NCBI RefSeq assembly: GCF_004765795.1
Contig: NZ_SBIV01000005.1
Location: 248,001-310,881, forward strand
From: Halorussus marinus
GTDB lineage: Archaea > Halobacteriota > Halobacteria > Halobacteriales > Haladaptataceae
Direction: 5' to 3'
DNA length: 62,881 nt
A program made the position numbers and the translations under genes. Each line of letters starts with the position of its first letter. The first letter of the stretch is position 1. The notes under the pieces were generated by a model. That model was not told where the DNA came from and did not search any database. It saw nothing but the letters and a program-made list of their open reading frames with translations. Below, one piece after another: positions 38,697 through 48,353 of this stretch.

Positions 38697-39248
38697 ATGC
38701 CGGGACCCGTCTTTCTGGAGGCCGACGCGGTGACGCTTCGGCCCGTCGAGGCCGCGGACGTCGAGTTCGTCCAGCGTTGCATGAACGACCCCCGCGTCTG
38801 GCGGCCCGCGCTCGACGCGACCCCGATGAACCGCGAACAGGGAACGGAGTTCTTCGAGGACGTGCTCTCGGACGAGGATCACGTCCACTGTCTGATCTGG
38901 GACGACGACGCGCCGGTCGGGGTCGTCTCGCTGACCGGCACCGAGTACGGGCCGGGCGCGACCGATCGGTCGCGGGCCGCCGAGATCGGCTACTACGTCG
39001 CCCCGGAACACCACGGAAACGGGTACGGCTCGGACGCGGTCGCCGAACTGGTCCGGTACGCGTTCGAGGATCTGAACCTCCGGCGGGCGAGCGCGCGGGT
39101 CGGGGCGTTCAACGACGCCTCGATCGGCCTGCTGGAGTCGCTCGGCTTCGAGCGCGAGGGCCGGTTGCGCGAGGCCGCGTGGTTCCGCGGGGAGTACCGC
39201 GATATGCTGTGGTACGGGCTGTTGCGCGCCGACTGGCGGGCCGAGTAG
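38697..39248 (+). CDS. RimJ/RimL-type GNAT acetyltransferase
   Basis: AEIGYYVAPEHHGNGYG, NDASIGLLESLGFEREG. Confidence 0.9.
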   Translation: MPGPVFLEADAVTLRPVEAADVEFVQRCMNDPRVWRPALDATPMNREQGTEFFEDVLSDEDHVHCLIWDDDAPVGVVSLTGTEYGPGATDRSRAAEIGYYVAPEHHGNGYGSDAVAELVRYAFEDLNLRRASARVGAFNDASIGLLESLGFEREGRLREAAWFRGEYRDMLWYGLLRADWRAE

Positions 39249-39285
39249 AGCAATTTACTTTGGGACGGCCACCCAAACGCCGCGC

Positions 39286-39843
39286 ATGGTGATGAAAGAG
39301 TCCGAGACGGAACTGGAGCGCGAGGATCCGGTGCCGAACTTCGAACTGGAGGGGACCGACGGCGAGACGTACACGCTGGAGTCGTTCGCCGACTACGAGG
39401 CGGTCTTGCTGGTGTTCACCTGCAACCACTGCCCGTACGCGCAGGCGAAGTTCGAACTGCTCAACGACGTGGCCGCCGAGTACGACGACGCCGCGGTCGT
39501 CGGGGTCAACCCCAACGACGCCGAGGAGTACCCCGACGACTCGTTCGAGAAGATGGTCGAATACGTCGAGGACGGTACGATCCGGTACGACGCCTACCTC
39601 CGCGACGAGACACAGGCGGTCGCCGACGCCTACGGCGCGGTCTGTACTCCCGATCCGTTCGTCCTGCGCAACGAGGGCGACACCTTCACGCTAGCGTACC
39701 ACGGCCGGCTCGACGACGCGCTCAACCCCGACGACGAGGCGACCGAAGTGTACGTCCGGGACGCCATCGACGCGGTGCTGGCGGGCGGGGACGTGGACCT
39801 GGAGTTCATGCCCTCGCGGGGCTGTTCGATCAAGTGGAAGTGA
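39286..39843 (+). CDS. Thioredoxin-fold peroxiredoxin-like protein (AhpC/TSA)
   Basis: FTCNHCPY, YGAVCTPD, YHGRLDD, GCSIKWK. Confidence 0.9.
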   Translation: MVMKESETELEREDPVPNFELEGTDGETYTLESFADYEAVLLVFTCNHCPYAQAKFELLNDVAAEYDDAAVVGVNPNDAEEYPDDSFEKMVEYVEDGTIRYDAYLRDETQAVADAYGAVCTPDPFVLRNEGDTFTLAYHGRLDDALNPDDEATEVYVRDAIDAVLAGGDVDLEFMPSRGCSIKWK

Positions 39844-40015
39844 GACCAAGCGTTCGGAGTCGGGCGCGGGCGAGTCCCGGCGCCGCCCGCCGACGCCGCG
39901 GCGGCCAGCGAGAACGTCCCGCGAGGAGCCGACCCCGCCAGCGAGGGCGGCTGTCACGCCGGATACCCGACGCGGGGGGACAACGCTTTCCTCACCGGCC
40001 GTCGAACGCCTCGTC

Positions 40016-41338
40016 GTGTCAGCGCTCGAAGACCCCCTCGAAATCGGGGGACTCCGCCTGCCGAACCGGCTCTACCGCGCGCCACTGCTCGAATGTGCGG
40101 GCAACGGTCCGGACGCGGTCGACACCCTGATCCGGGAGCTCGAACCCGCCGCGGCGGCCGGCGCCGGCCTCGTCTGTCAGGGCGCGACCATCGTCCGCGA
40201 GGAGGGCGGCTGTGCCGCCCCGGGGATGACCAGCGTCGCCGATCCCGAGTTCGTCGCCCGGCTCGCCCGGCTGACCGACGCGATCCACGACCACGGCGGC
40301 CGGATCTTCGTCCAGCTCGAACACGGCGGGCTCCGGAGCATGGAGACGTGGCACGCCGAGTACCGCCGCGAACACCCCGAACTGCGCCAGCTCGCGGTCT
40401 CGCGGCCGCCCCGAGTCCTCCGGGCGCTCGACCGGCTCGGGTTTCTCAGCTACGACCCGGAAGTGCTCACCACGGAGGCGGTGTACGACCTCGCCGCCGA
40501 CTTCGGGCGCGCGGCGGCGTCCGCGGTCGAGGCGGGCTACGACGGGGTCCACATCGCGGGCGCGAACATGGGGCTGGTCCAGCAGTTCCTCTCGCCGTTC
40601 TACAACCGTCGGGACGACGAGTTCGCCGACGGCGTCCGGTTCCTGTCGGTCGTCCACGACGAGATCCGGGCGCGGGCCGGCGACGTGGCGCTGATGGCGA
40701 AGGTGCCCGCCGAGACCGAGGCGCCGCCGTTCGTCCGCAGGCGACTCGGCGCCGACGACGCGGTCGAGATCTGCGCCCGCCTCGACGAGATCGGCTACGA
40801 CGCCGTGGTGCCCGTGACGGCCTCGACGTTCTGGGACATGAGCATCGTCCGCGGGGAGTTCCCCGAGCGAGCGTGGCGCGACGACCGCTTCCGGTCGGGG
40901 TACGCCGCGGCGTTCGGCGGCCGGTGGCGGGCCGCGGCGGTGGCCGCGGCAAACCGGCTCGAAGCGCTCGCCTACGACTTCGAGCCCGGGTGGAACGCCG
41001 ACCTCGCTCGACGGGTGCGCGAGCGCGTCTCGATCCCGGTGTTGCTCGAAGGCGGGATCCGCGACCGCGAGCAGATCGACCGGCTGGTGGGCGAGGCCTG
41101 CGACGCGGTCGGGATGGGCCGGCCCTTCTACGCCGAGCCGCGACTCCCCGCCCGCATCCTCGACAGCGACGACGCCGGCGCGGTCTGCGAGAACTGCAAC
41201 AACTGCACCGTCCCGCAGGCGACCGGCGCCCGCGGCGTCTGTCGGACCCCCGCGGTGCTGGCCGAGCGGGGCGAACTCGATCGGGCGGGCGCGTACGAAC
41301 TGCCGGGCGACGCCGAGACCGGCGCGCGCGAGGAGTGA
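40016..41338 (+). CDS. NADH:flavin oxidoreductase (Old Yellow Enzyme family)
   Basis: LPNRLYRAPL, IFVQLEHGG, AGYDGVHI, QQFLSP..NRRDDEF, GGIRD, GMGRPFYAEP, CENCNNC. Confidence 0.85.
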   Translation: MSALEDPLEIGGLRLPNRLYRAPLLECAGNGPDAVDTLIRELEPAAAAGAGLVCQGATIVREEGGCAAPGMTSVADPEFVARLARLTDAIHDHGGRIFVQLEHGGLRSMETWHAEYRREHPELRQLAVSRPPRVLRALDRLGFLSYDPEVLTTEAVYDLAADFGRAAASAVEAGYDGVHIAGANMGLVQQFLSPFYNRRDDEFADGVRFLSVVHDEIRARAGDVALMAKVPAETEAPPFVRRRLGADDAVEICARLDEIGYDAVVPVTASTFWDMSIVRGEFPERAWRDDRFRSGYAAAFGGRWRAAAVAAANRLEALAYDFEPGWNADLARRVRERVSIPVLLEGGIRDREQIDRLVGEACDAVGMGRPFYAEPRLPARILDSDDAGAVCENCNNCTVPQATGARGVCRTPAVLAERGELDRAGAYELPGDAETGAREE

Positions 41339-41449
41339 GCGCACGAACCGGTCGGCGGTCGAGGCCGACGGGAGCGACGCGCTCGCCCCGGAGGCGACCC
41401 GTAGGCGAGAGGACGCCAGCGTTAGGTGACGGGCGGTCCAATCGCCGCC

Positions 41450-41689
41450 ATGGCCCGCGAGATCACCCACGAGGCGACCGGCCCGCTCAAGCTCGACGAG
41501 AGCGACCTCGACGAGGAGAAAGGAGACGTCGCGGTCTGTCTGTGCGGCCTGTCGGGGGAGTACCCCTTCTGTGACGGCTCGCACCGCGCGACCGACGACG
41601 AGGCGGCCGAGACCGTCTACAAGTACGACGGCGACGACGCCGACGGCGAGCGCCGCGAGATCGAGGAGATCGTCTTCGCCGACGAGTGA
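41450..41689 (+). CDS. CDGSH iron-sulfur domain protein
   Basis: VCLCGLSGEYPFCDGSH. Confidence 0.9.
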   Translation: MAREITHEATGPLKLDESDLDEEKGDVAVCLCGLSGEYPFCDGSHRATDDEAAETVYKYDGDDADGERREIEEIVFADE

Positions 41690-41719
41690 GGAGAAGCGGC
41701 CGACTCGTCTCCGGGCGAG

Positions 41720-42940
41720 CTACCCCGCGAGCGCCCGGAGGCGCTCGGGGAGGGCCCCGAGATCGACCGCCGCGGGCGTCTCGCCGTCGGCGTCGAGCTC
41801 CCTGAACCCGGTCCCGGTCAGCACCGCGACCACCGCGTCGTCGGCCGCGAGTTCGCCCGCCGCCGAGAGCCGCCGGATCCCCGCGAGCGTCGTCGCGGAG
41901 GCGACCTCCGCGCAGAAGCCGGCCTCGGCCGCGAGCGTCGACTGAGCGTCGAGTATCTCCTCGTCGGGGACCGAGACGACCGCCCCGCCCGTCGCGCGGA
42001 CCGCGGCGAGCGCCCGAGTTCCGCTCGGGGGGTCGGCGTTGGCAATCGAGTAGGCGACCGTCTCGCCGGCGTCGACGGCGGTCACTTCCTCGCGGCCCTC
42101 GCGGTAGGCTTCGGCGATGGGGTCGCAGGCCGCCGCCTGCACGAGACAGAGCCGCGGGAGCGAGTCGGCGTCGAGCAGGCCCGCGGCTTCGAGCTCCCGA
42201 AGCGCTTTCCACGACGCGCTGGCGTGGCCGCCACTGCTGGTCGGTAACACGATCGCGTCGGGCGCCGTCCGGTCGGGGTCGCCCGCGCCGGCCGCGAACG
42301 CCGCACAAATTTCGAGCGCGGTTGTCTTCTGGCCCGCAACCCGGAGCGGGGTGTCGGAGTTGACGAACTCGACCGGGACGTCGGCGTCGAGCGCGTCGTA
42401 GTAGAGCCGGCCGTAGTCGCCCGAGACCCGCAGGATTCGGGGGTCGTACTGCGCGATCGCGGCGAGTCGCTCGGCCGAGATGTCGTCGGGGACCAACACG
42501 ACGCAGTCGGCGTCGGTGCCCGCGGCGTGGGCCGCGGTGCTGATCGCCATGTTGCCGTGCGAGACCGTGCCGACCCACGGGCGGTCGTTCGCGGCGGCCC
42601 ACGCGACCCCGACAGCGCTCCCGCGGTCCTTGAAGCTCCCCGTCGGATTCTGGCTCTCGTCTTTCAGCCAGAGCCGACAGCCCGCGTCGTCGTCGAGGCC
42701 GGCGGCCCGGACCAGCGGGGTGTCGCCCGCGCCGGCGCCGACGCCGTCGCGGCGCTCGACCGGTAGCAGGTCTGCGTAGCGCCACGGCCCGCCGGTCCGT
42801 CCCGGGGCGTCCTCGTCTGGCCACGCGAAGCCCGCGGCCGCGCCGTCGGTGTCGAACCACAGCGGTTCGCCACACCCACACCGCTTGCGCTCGGGGAACG
42901 CGGCGGTCTCGCCGCAGCGATAGCAGACGAGCCGCGTCAT
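41720..42940 (-). CDS. Second threonine-synthase-family PLP enzyme
   Basis: GDTPL, KDESQNPTGSFKDRG, SHGNMA, GQKTTALEI, LTGTGF. Confidence 0.8.
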   Translation of the reverse strand: MTRLVCYRCGETAAFPERKRCGCGEPLWFDTDGAAAGFAWPDEDAPGRTGGPWRYADLLPVERRDGVGAGAGDTPLVRAAGLDDDAGCRLWLKDESQNPTGSFKDRGSAVGVAWAAANDRPWVGTVSHGNMAISTAAHAAGTDADCVVLVPDDISAERLAAIAQYDPRILRVSGDYGRLYYDALDADVPVEFVNSDTPLRVAGQKTTALEICAAFAAGAGDPDRTAPDAIVLPTSSGGHASASWKALRELEAAGLLDADSLPRLCLVQAAACDPIAEAYREGREEVTAVDAGETVAYSIANADPPSGTRALAAVRATGGAVVSVPDEEILDAQSTLAAEAGFCAEVASATTLAGIRRLSAAGELAADDAVVAVLTGTGFRELDADGETPAAVDLGALPERLRALAG

Positions 42941-43707
42941 TCACCCATCGCGTCTTCGTACGCGTCGGTCGCGCGTTCGACGCCCGCCGCGACGTAACCG
43001 GCGTCGACGCCCACGAGCTGGTAGTCGTAGCCGTAGTCGGCCCATAGGTCGATCTCCTCGACGGTCGTCGCGAGCGTCCCGACCGGGGTGTCGACGCCGT
43101 GGGCCGCATCGAGCACCTCGGTCACCGCCTCGCGGAACCGGGCGGACTCGTAGGCCCCGAACACGTCGAGCGACGCCGAGAGGTCCGCCGGACCCACGAG
43201 CAGGGCGTCGATCCCCTCGACCGCCGCGATGTCGCGGGCGTTCCCGACCGCGCGCTCGGTCTCGACCTGCACCACCGTCACCAGTTCCTCGCCGCCGTCC
43301 TCGACCGCCGCGGCGAGGTCTCGGCCGTAGTCGTTCGCGCGCGAGCCGGCGATTCCCCGGACGCCCTCGGGTGGATACCGGACCGCCTCGACGGCCTCGC
43401 GAGCCTCCTCTGCGGTCTCGACCATCGGGACGAGGACACCGGAAACGCCGGTGTCTAGCACGCGCTTGACCCGGACCGGGTCGTTCCACGCCACGCGGGC
43501 GAGCGTCGCGGCCGCGCCGTCGCTGGCGGCCTCGACCGCGCGGGCCGCGTCGGCGACGGCTTCGACGTCGGTCTGGGCGTGTTCGGTGTCGATCACGACG
43601 AAGTCGGCGTCCCGACCGCAGAGCTCCGCGACGGTGGGATCGCCGATCGAGAGCCACTGGCCCGTGACGGGGTCGCCCCGCCGGAGCCGGCGTTTGAACT
43701 CTGTCAC
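42937..43707 (-). CDS. HpcH/HpaI family class II aldolase
   Basis: FVVIDTEH, KRVLDTG, LVPMV, RYPPEGVRG, VQVET, VGPADLS; GTG start inferred at 43707. Confidence 0.9.
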   Translation of the reverse strand: MTEFKRRLRRGDPVTGQWLSIGDPTVAELCGRDADFVVIDTEHAQTDVEAVADAARAVEAASDGAAATLARVAWNDPVRVKRVLDTGVSGVLVPMVETAEEAREAVEAVRYPPEGVRGIAGSRANDYGRDLAAAVEDGGEELVTVVQVETERAVGNARDIAAVEGIDALLVGPADLSASLDVFGAYESARFREAVTEVLDAAHGVDTPVGTLATTVEEIDLWADYGYDYQLVGVDAGYVAAGVERATDAYEDAMGE

Positions 43708-43764
43708 GGACCTATCGTCGCGGGCCCGCGGCAAGTAGGTTTGCGAGCCGGCAGGCGACAGCGG

Positions 43765-44043
43765 TCAGTCGGCCCGGACGCTGGCGACGATGAACAGGTA
43801 CCCGACCGTAGTGACCGCGTAGTTGACCGTCAGCAGGATTTTGCTGTTCGAGAAGTCCGTGAGAAACGCGCTGAACGTGGTGGCGGCCGCGGCGGCGACG
43901 ACGAGCGAGAAGCCGACCATCAGCAGCAACATCGACCGGCGCTCGGTCTCGACGTACGCGCGGGCCGCCTTCGCGACGAGCGTGAGCCCGACGACGACGA
44001 GGGCGGCGCTGAGAGCGACGTAGACGATTTCCATCGGTTGCAT
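43765..44043 (-). CDS. Small 3-TM haloarchaeal membrane protein (DUF7521-like, number recalled)
   Basis: TM-ARAY..TERRSMLLL..GF-TM-TM pattern shared with the protein at 54065; TATA-like TTTAA about 30 nt upstream. Confidence 0.75.
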   Translation of the reverse strand: MQPMEIVYVALSAALVVVGLTLVAKAARAYVETERRSMLLLMVGFSLVVAAAAATTFSAFLTDFSNSKILLTVNYAVTTVGYLFIVASVRAD

Positions 44044-44106
44044 TCGGTCCCCTGAGCCTACTCAACACAGCCTGTTAAAGCTATCCGGCGGTATCAGCGA
44101 GGATAA

Positions 44107-47100
44107 TCAGCGATCGAGCGCGGTCGCCAGCCGCTCGATCGGGTGGGCCGGCCGCCGGTCGGCGAGCTGAGTCCGACACGACGCGCCGGGCGCGACCACC
44201 GCGTCGGCGTCGGCGTCCCGGAGCTGATCGCTCAATAGTCCCGCGATCGACTGCGAGAGGTCGTAGTGCTCGGCGCGGTAGCCGAAGCTCCCGGCCATCC
44301 CGCAACACCCCGAGTCGACGGCCTCGACCTCGTAGCCCGCCCGCCGGAGGACCTCGGCGGCGTGGCCGTCGGTGCCGAGCGCCTTCTGGTTGCAGTGGCC
44401 GTGGTAGGCCAGCCGGTCGTCGGGCGCCTCGAAATCGAGTCGGTCGAGGGCCGACTCGCGATCGAGGTACTCACAGACCCCGTAGGCGTTCCGGGCGAGC
44501 CGGTCCGCGTCCGGGTCGTCGATCAGATCGAGGTACTCGTCGCGGGTCATCGCGGCGTCGGAGGGCTCGACGTAACAGACCGACCAGCCCTCCCGGACAC
44601 GAGGTGCGAGCGCCCCCACGTTGGCCTCGGCGCGCTCGCGAGCGAGGTCCAGAAACCCCTCCGAGTAGGCCGCCCGACCGCTCGGGGCGAGGTCTGGGAC
44701 CGCGACTCGGACGCCGGCGGCTTCGAGGACCGCGACCGCGGCCCGCCCGGTCTCGGGGTAGACGTAATTGGTGAACGTGTCGGGGACGAGCACCACCCGG
44801 TCGACGGCGTCCTCGGGCGCGATTCGGGGGCCGCCCCGGGACCCGAACCACGACGCGAACGACTGGTCGGCGAACTCGGGGAGGTCGCGCTCGCGGGCCA
44901 CCCCGGCGACCTTCTCGGCGATCAGCCCCGTCCCCGGCGCGTTCGCCAGCCAGTTCGAGACGGGCGCGAGCGCCGACCCGACCCGCAACAGCCGGTCGGC
45001 CTCGGCGAACAGCCGCTCGCGGAGCCCCGCGCCCTCCCGCTCGTGGTAGCGGTGTTTGACCTCGGCCTTGAGCTTCGCGAGGTCGACGCCAGTCGGGCAG
45101 TCGCTCTGACACCCCTTACAGCCAAGGCAGAGGTCTAACACCTCCCGCTGGAAGCGCTCGGTGAAGATCTCCTCGGGCGGGAGTTCTCCCGAGATGGCCG
45201 CCCGAAGCATGTTCGCCCGGCCCCGGGTGGTCGCGATCTCCTCGTCCATCCCCCGGTAGGAGGGACACATCACGTCCGAATCGGTCTGGCGACAGGTGCC
45301 ACAGCCGTTACACAGCTCCACGAGGTGCGAGAAGCCGCCCTCCTCGGAGAACTCCTGCTCGGTCGACGGTTCGAGCGAGGCGTAGGCGGGCCCGTACCGG
45401 AGGTGTTCGCGCATATCGGCCCCGACCCCGCGGTCGGCGTCCGGGCCGACGTCCGCCGGCGACTCGCGGAACACCACCTTGCCGGGGTTGAGCCGCCAGT
45501 CGGGGTCGAACGCGGTCTTGAGCTCCTTGAACGCCGTCCAGAGCTCCGGGCCGTACAGCTTCGGGTTGAACTGGGTCCGGGCGAGGCCGTCGCCGTGCTC
45601 GCCCGAAAAGGATCCGCGGTGGTCGAGCACGAGCGAGGTCACGTCCTCGGCGATCGACTGCATCTTCTGGATCCCCTCGTCGTCTTTGAGGTTCAACACG
45701 GGGCGGATGTGGAGGGTGCCGCTCCCGGCGTGGGCGAAGTACGCCGCCGAGGTGTCGTGGGCCTCCAGCACGCCCATAAAGCCCTGCACGTACTCGGCGA
45801 GTTCCTCTGGCGGGACCGACGCGTCCTCGATGAACGGGTAGGGTTTTGGGTCGCCCTCCATGCTCATCAACAGCGGGATGGCGGCCTTCCGGAGCTTCCA
45901 GAGCCGGGCCTGCTGGGCGTCGTCGTGGGCCGCCAGCGCGTCGAACGCCGCCCCGGAGTCGACGAACTCGGCGGCGGCGTCCGCGACCGCGGCCTCGAGG
46001 TCGTCGTGGCCCTCCGAGTCGAACTCCACCATCAGCGCCGCGGCCGCGTCCGCCGGGATCGGCTCGGCGTACGCGGCGTACTCGCTCGACTCGCGGGCGA
46101 GCCGGAACACCGCCTCGTCCATGAGTTCGACCGCGCTGGGGTCGAGATCGAGCGCGTCGGGCACCGCCGCCATCGCCTCGACCAGATCCGAGAAGCAGTA
46201 GAGCCCGAGGGCGGTCTCCTCGGGCACCGACACCAGCGAGAGGGTCGCTTCGACGACCACGCCCAGCGTCCCCTCCGCGCCGACGAACAGCTTCGCGAGG
46301 TTCAGACACCGCTCGCCCGCGTCGTTCTCGTAGACGCACTTGTGGAGGTTGTACCCCGACACCGACCGCTTGAGTTCGGGATAGCGGGCGTCGATCTCCT
46401 CGGCGTTGTCCTCGACGAGCCCCCGGACGGTGCGGTAGACGCGGGCCTCCCGGTCGTCGCGGGCGACGATCGCCTCCCACTCGGGGCCGTCGAGGACCAC
46501 CTCGCGGGCCCGGATCCGGGTGCCGTCGGCCAGCACCGCCTCGCAGGACTCGACGTACGCGTCGGTGATGCCGTACCGGACCGAGTGAGCGCCGGTGGAG
46601 TTGTTGCCGATTCCGCCGCCGACCGTGGCGCGGTTCGAGGAGGCTGGGTCGGGCGCGAACTTCAGTCCGTGCTCGGCGAGGCGGGCGTCGAGGTCGTCCT
46701 GAACGACTCCGGGCTGGACCGTCGCGCGCTCGGCGTCTGGATCGACGTCGAGGATCGCGTCCATGTGCCGCGAGCAGTCGAGTACCACACAGCCCGGACC
46801 GACCGACTGGCCCGCGAGCGACGACCCCGCGCCGCGGGGCAGGACCGGCGCTCCGTGGTCGGCCGCGACCGACATCGCGGCCCGCACGTCGCCGGCGTCG
46901 GTCGGAAAGACGACGCCGGCGGGCCGGGCCTGATAGACGCTCCCGTCGGTCGCGTAGAGGATCTGGGTGTACTCGTCGAAGCGGACCGCGCCGTCGCAGG
47001 CCGCCCGCAGGTCGTCGGCCAGCGCGGCGTTGACGGGGTCGTCGGGCGCGTCGATCCCGAGCGACTCCCGGTAGTCGTCGAGGCCGACCGGTCCGACGTC

Positions 47101-47115
47101 GGTGGGGGATGACAT
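44107..47115 (-). CDS. Second FAD/Fe-S 2-hydroxyacid oxidoreductase paralog
   Basis: ATG at 47115; PRGAGSSLAGQ, GAEGTLG, SGEHGDG, CNGCGTC, CLGCKGCQSDCP, CCGMAGSFGY. Confidence 0.85.
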   Translation of the reverse strand: MSSPTDVGPVGLDDYRESLGIDAPDDPVNAALADDLRAACDGAVRFDEYTQILYATDGSVYQARPAGVVFPTDAGDVRAAMSVAADHGAPVLPRGAGSSLAGQSVGPGCVVLDCSRHMDAILDVDPDAERATVQPGVVQDDLDARLAEHGLKFAPDPASSNRATVGGGIGNNSTGAHSVRYGITDAYVESCEAVLADGTRIRAREVVLDGPEWEAIVARDDREARVYRTVRGLVEDNAEEIDARYPELKRSVSGYNLHKCVYENDAGERCLNLAKLFVGAEGTLGVVVEATLSLVSVPEETALGLYCFSDLVEAMAAVPDALDLDPSAVELMDEAVFRLARESSEYAAYAEPIPADAAAALMVEFDSEGHDDLEAAVADAAAEFVDSGAAFDALAAHDDAQQARLWKLRKAAIPLLMSMEGDPKPYPFIEDASVPPEELAEYVQGFMGVLEAHDTSAAYFAHAGSGTLHIRPVLNLKDDEGIQKMQSIAEDVTSLVLDHRGSFSGEHGDGLARTQFNPKLYGPELWTAFKELKTAFDPDWRLNPGKVVFRESPADVGPDADRGVGADMREHLRYGPAYASLEPSTEQEFSEEGGFSHLVELCNGCGTCRQTDSDVMCPSYRGMDEEIATTRGRANMLRAAISGELPPEEIFTERFQREVLDLCLGCKGCQSDCPTGVDLAKLKAEVKHRYHEREGAGLRERLFAEADRLLRVGSALAPVSNWLANAPGTGLIAEKVAGVARERDLPEFADQSFASWFGSRGGPRIAPEDAVDRVVLVPDTFTNYVYPETGRAAVAVLEAAGVRVAVPDLAPSGRAAYSEGFLDLARERAEANVGALAPRVREGWSVCYVEPSDAAMTRDEYLDLIDDPDADRLARNAYGVCEYLDRESALDRLDFEAPDDRLAYHGHCNQKALGTDGHAAEVLRRAGYEVEAVDSGCCGMAGSFGYRAEHYDLSQSIAGLLSDQLRDADADAVVAPGASCRTQLADRRPAHPIERLATALDR

Positions 47116-47266
47116 GCTACCAGATGGCACTCCGGACGGCTTAAATCCGGCGCGCGACCGACTCGGCGGCCCCACGGGCGCGGCCGGCGACTCCCACCGG
47201 TCGGCGCGCCGACCTGTCACCCGTCGGTTGCGCCGGCTTTATGCGGTGGCCTCGGCGTTTCCCGCC

Positions 47267-47971
47267 ATGGGACGATGGGGTGCGCTCGCCGGACGGGCGG
47301 GCGACGACGACCGCGACGCCGACCGAGGACCGCCGTCGCTGGAGGCGTTCATCGAGTCGAACCACCAGTTGTTCACCATCATCGGGATGTTCGGGGCGCT
47401 CTCGGTGTACCTGATGGAGTTTCAGGCGTCGGCGTCGACCGCCCGCGGCTCGGTCGGCGCGGTGCTGTTGCTCTTTTTGGTCTCGTCGGGCCTCGCCGTC
47501 AGGAACTCCTATCGGTGCACCGAGCGGGCCCGCGAGCACGGCGAGTACCTGCTCGTGTTCGGCTACGCGGTGTTCATGTACTCGTTCGTCACGCTGACCG
47601 TCTCGGTGGTGCTCGTCATCGCCAGCCGGTACGCCGAGGGGGCCGAACACGTCCTCGGGTCGAGTTTCGTGTACGCGCTGGTGTTCATCTACGTGCCCTT
47701 CGTGTTCGGCGCCGAGGCGTTCGCCGACTTCGACGGATCGACGCGACTGGCGGCCGCGGTCCGGCACGCGCCCCACGTCGGCGCGCTCGCGATGGCGGCG
47801 TGGTACGGCCGCAAGTGGGCGCTCGGGGCGTTGCCGAGCCCCGAACTGGTGAGCGCGGCCCGCGGAATCGGGTTCGTGACGAGCCTGCTCGGCAACCACC
47901 TCGTCGTCACCGGCGCGGTGTTCGGCGCGCTGTGGACCCTCGACCGGGTCGCCGGTCACCTGCTGCGGTGA
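47267..47971 (+). CDS. Uncharacterised multi-pass membrane protein
   Basis: ATG at 47267 about 25 nt after TTTAT; FIESNHQLFTIIGMFGALSVYL and 5-6 TM segments. Confidence 0.7.
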   Translation: MGRWGALAGRAGDDDRDADRGPPSLEAFIESNHQLFTIIGMFGALSVYLMEFQASASTARGSVGAVLLLFLVSSGLAVRNSYRCTERAREHGEYLLVFGYAVFMYSFVTLTVSVVLVIASRYAEGAEHVLGSSFVYALVFIYVPFVFGAEAFADFDGSTRLAAAVRHAPHVGALAMAAWYGRKWALGALPSPELVSAARGIGFVTSLLGNHLVVTGAVFGALWTLDRVAGHLLR

Positions 47972-48353
47972 GCCGGCAGGACGCGGTTGCCCCTCTGTTT
48001 CTGGGCCCGACGCCGCGATCGCGGTCGAACCGACGGCCCGATCAGTCGGCCGCCCACACCGTAGATGCTTTCGTCGTCGACCCCGTACGGTCGACCACGG
48101 AGTTCAACGCCGTTCGAGTCGACATCGCATCCCCGCGCACCGACACGTAGAGCCGGCGATCGCCGGGGCGACATGCAGATTTAAATAACTTCGAATATAT
48201 GTTAATCAAAACATCATTCGCACGCCGGGCCGATCCGAGCGTTCCGACCCGCGGGACCTCTGCGGGATGACCGCCAGCCCGGACCCAGAGCGTACCGCGG
48301 GCCGCGAAGAGTCAGTCGACCGAGACCGCCGCCGCACAACACGACACGAAGGT

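Noticed and set aside
29470..44316. Identical 31-39 nt segments at 29470-29508, 36841-36871 (inverted) and 44278-44316
   Set aside because: All encode the conserved CCGMAGSFGY motif in paralogous domains under strong codon bias. They are not a mobile or CRISPR repeat, although gene conversion cannot be excluded.
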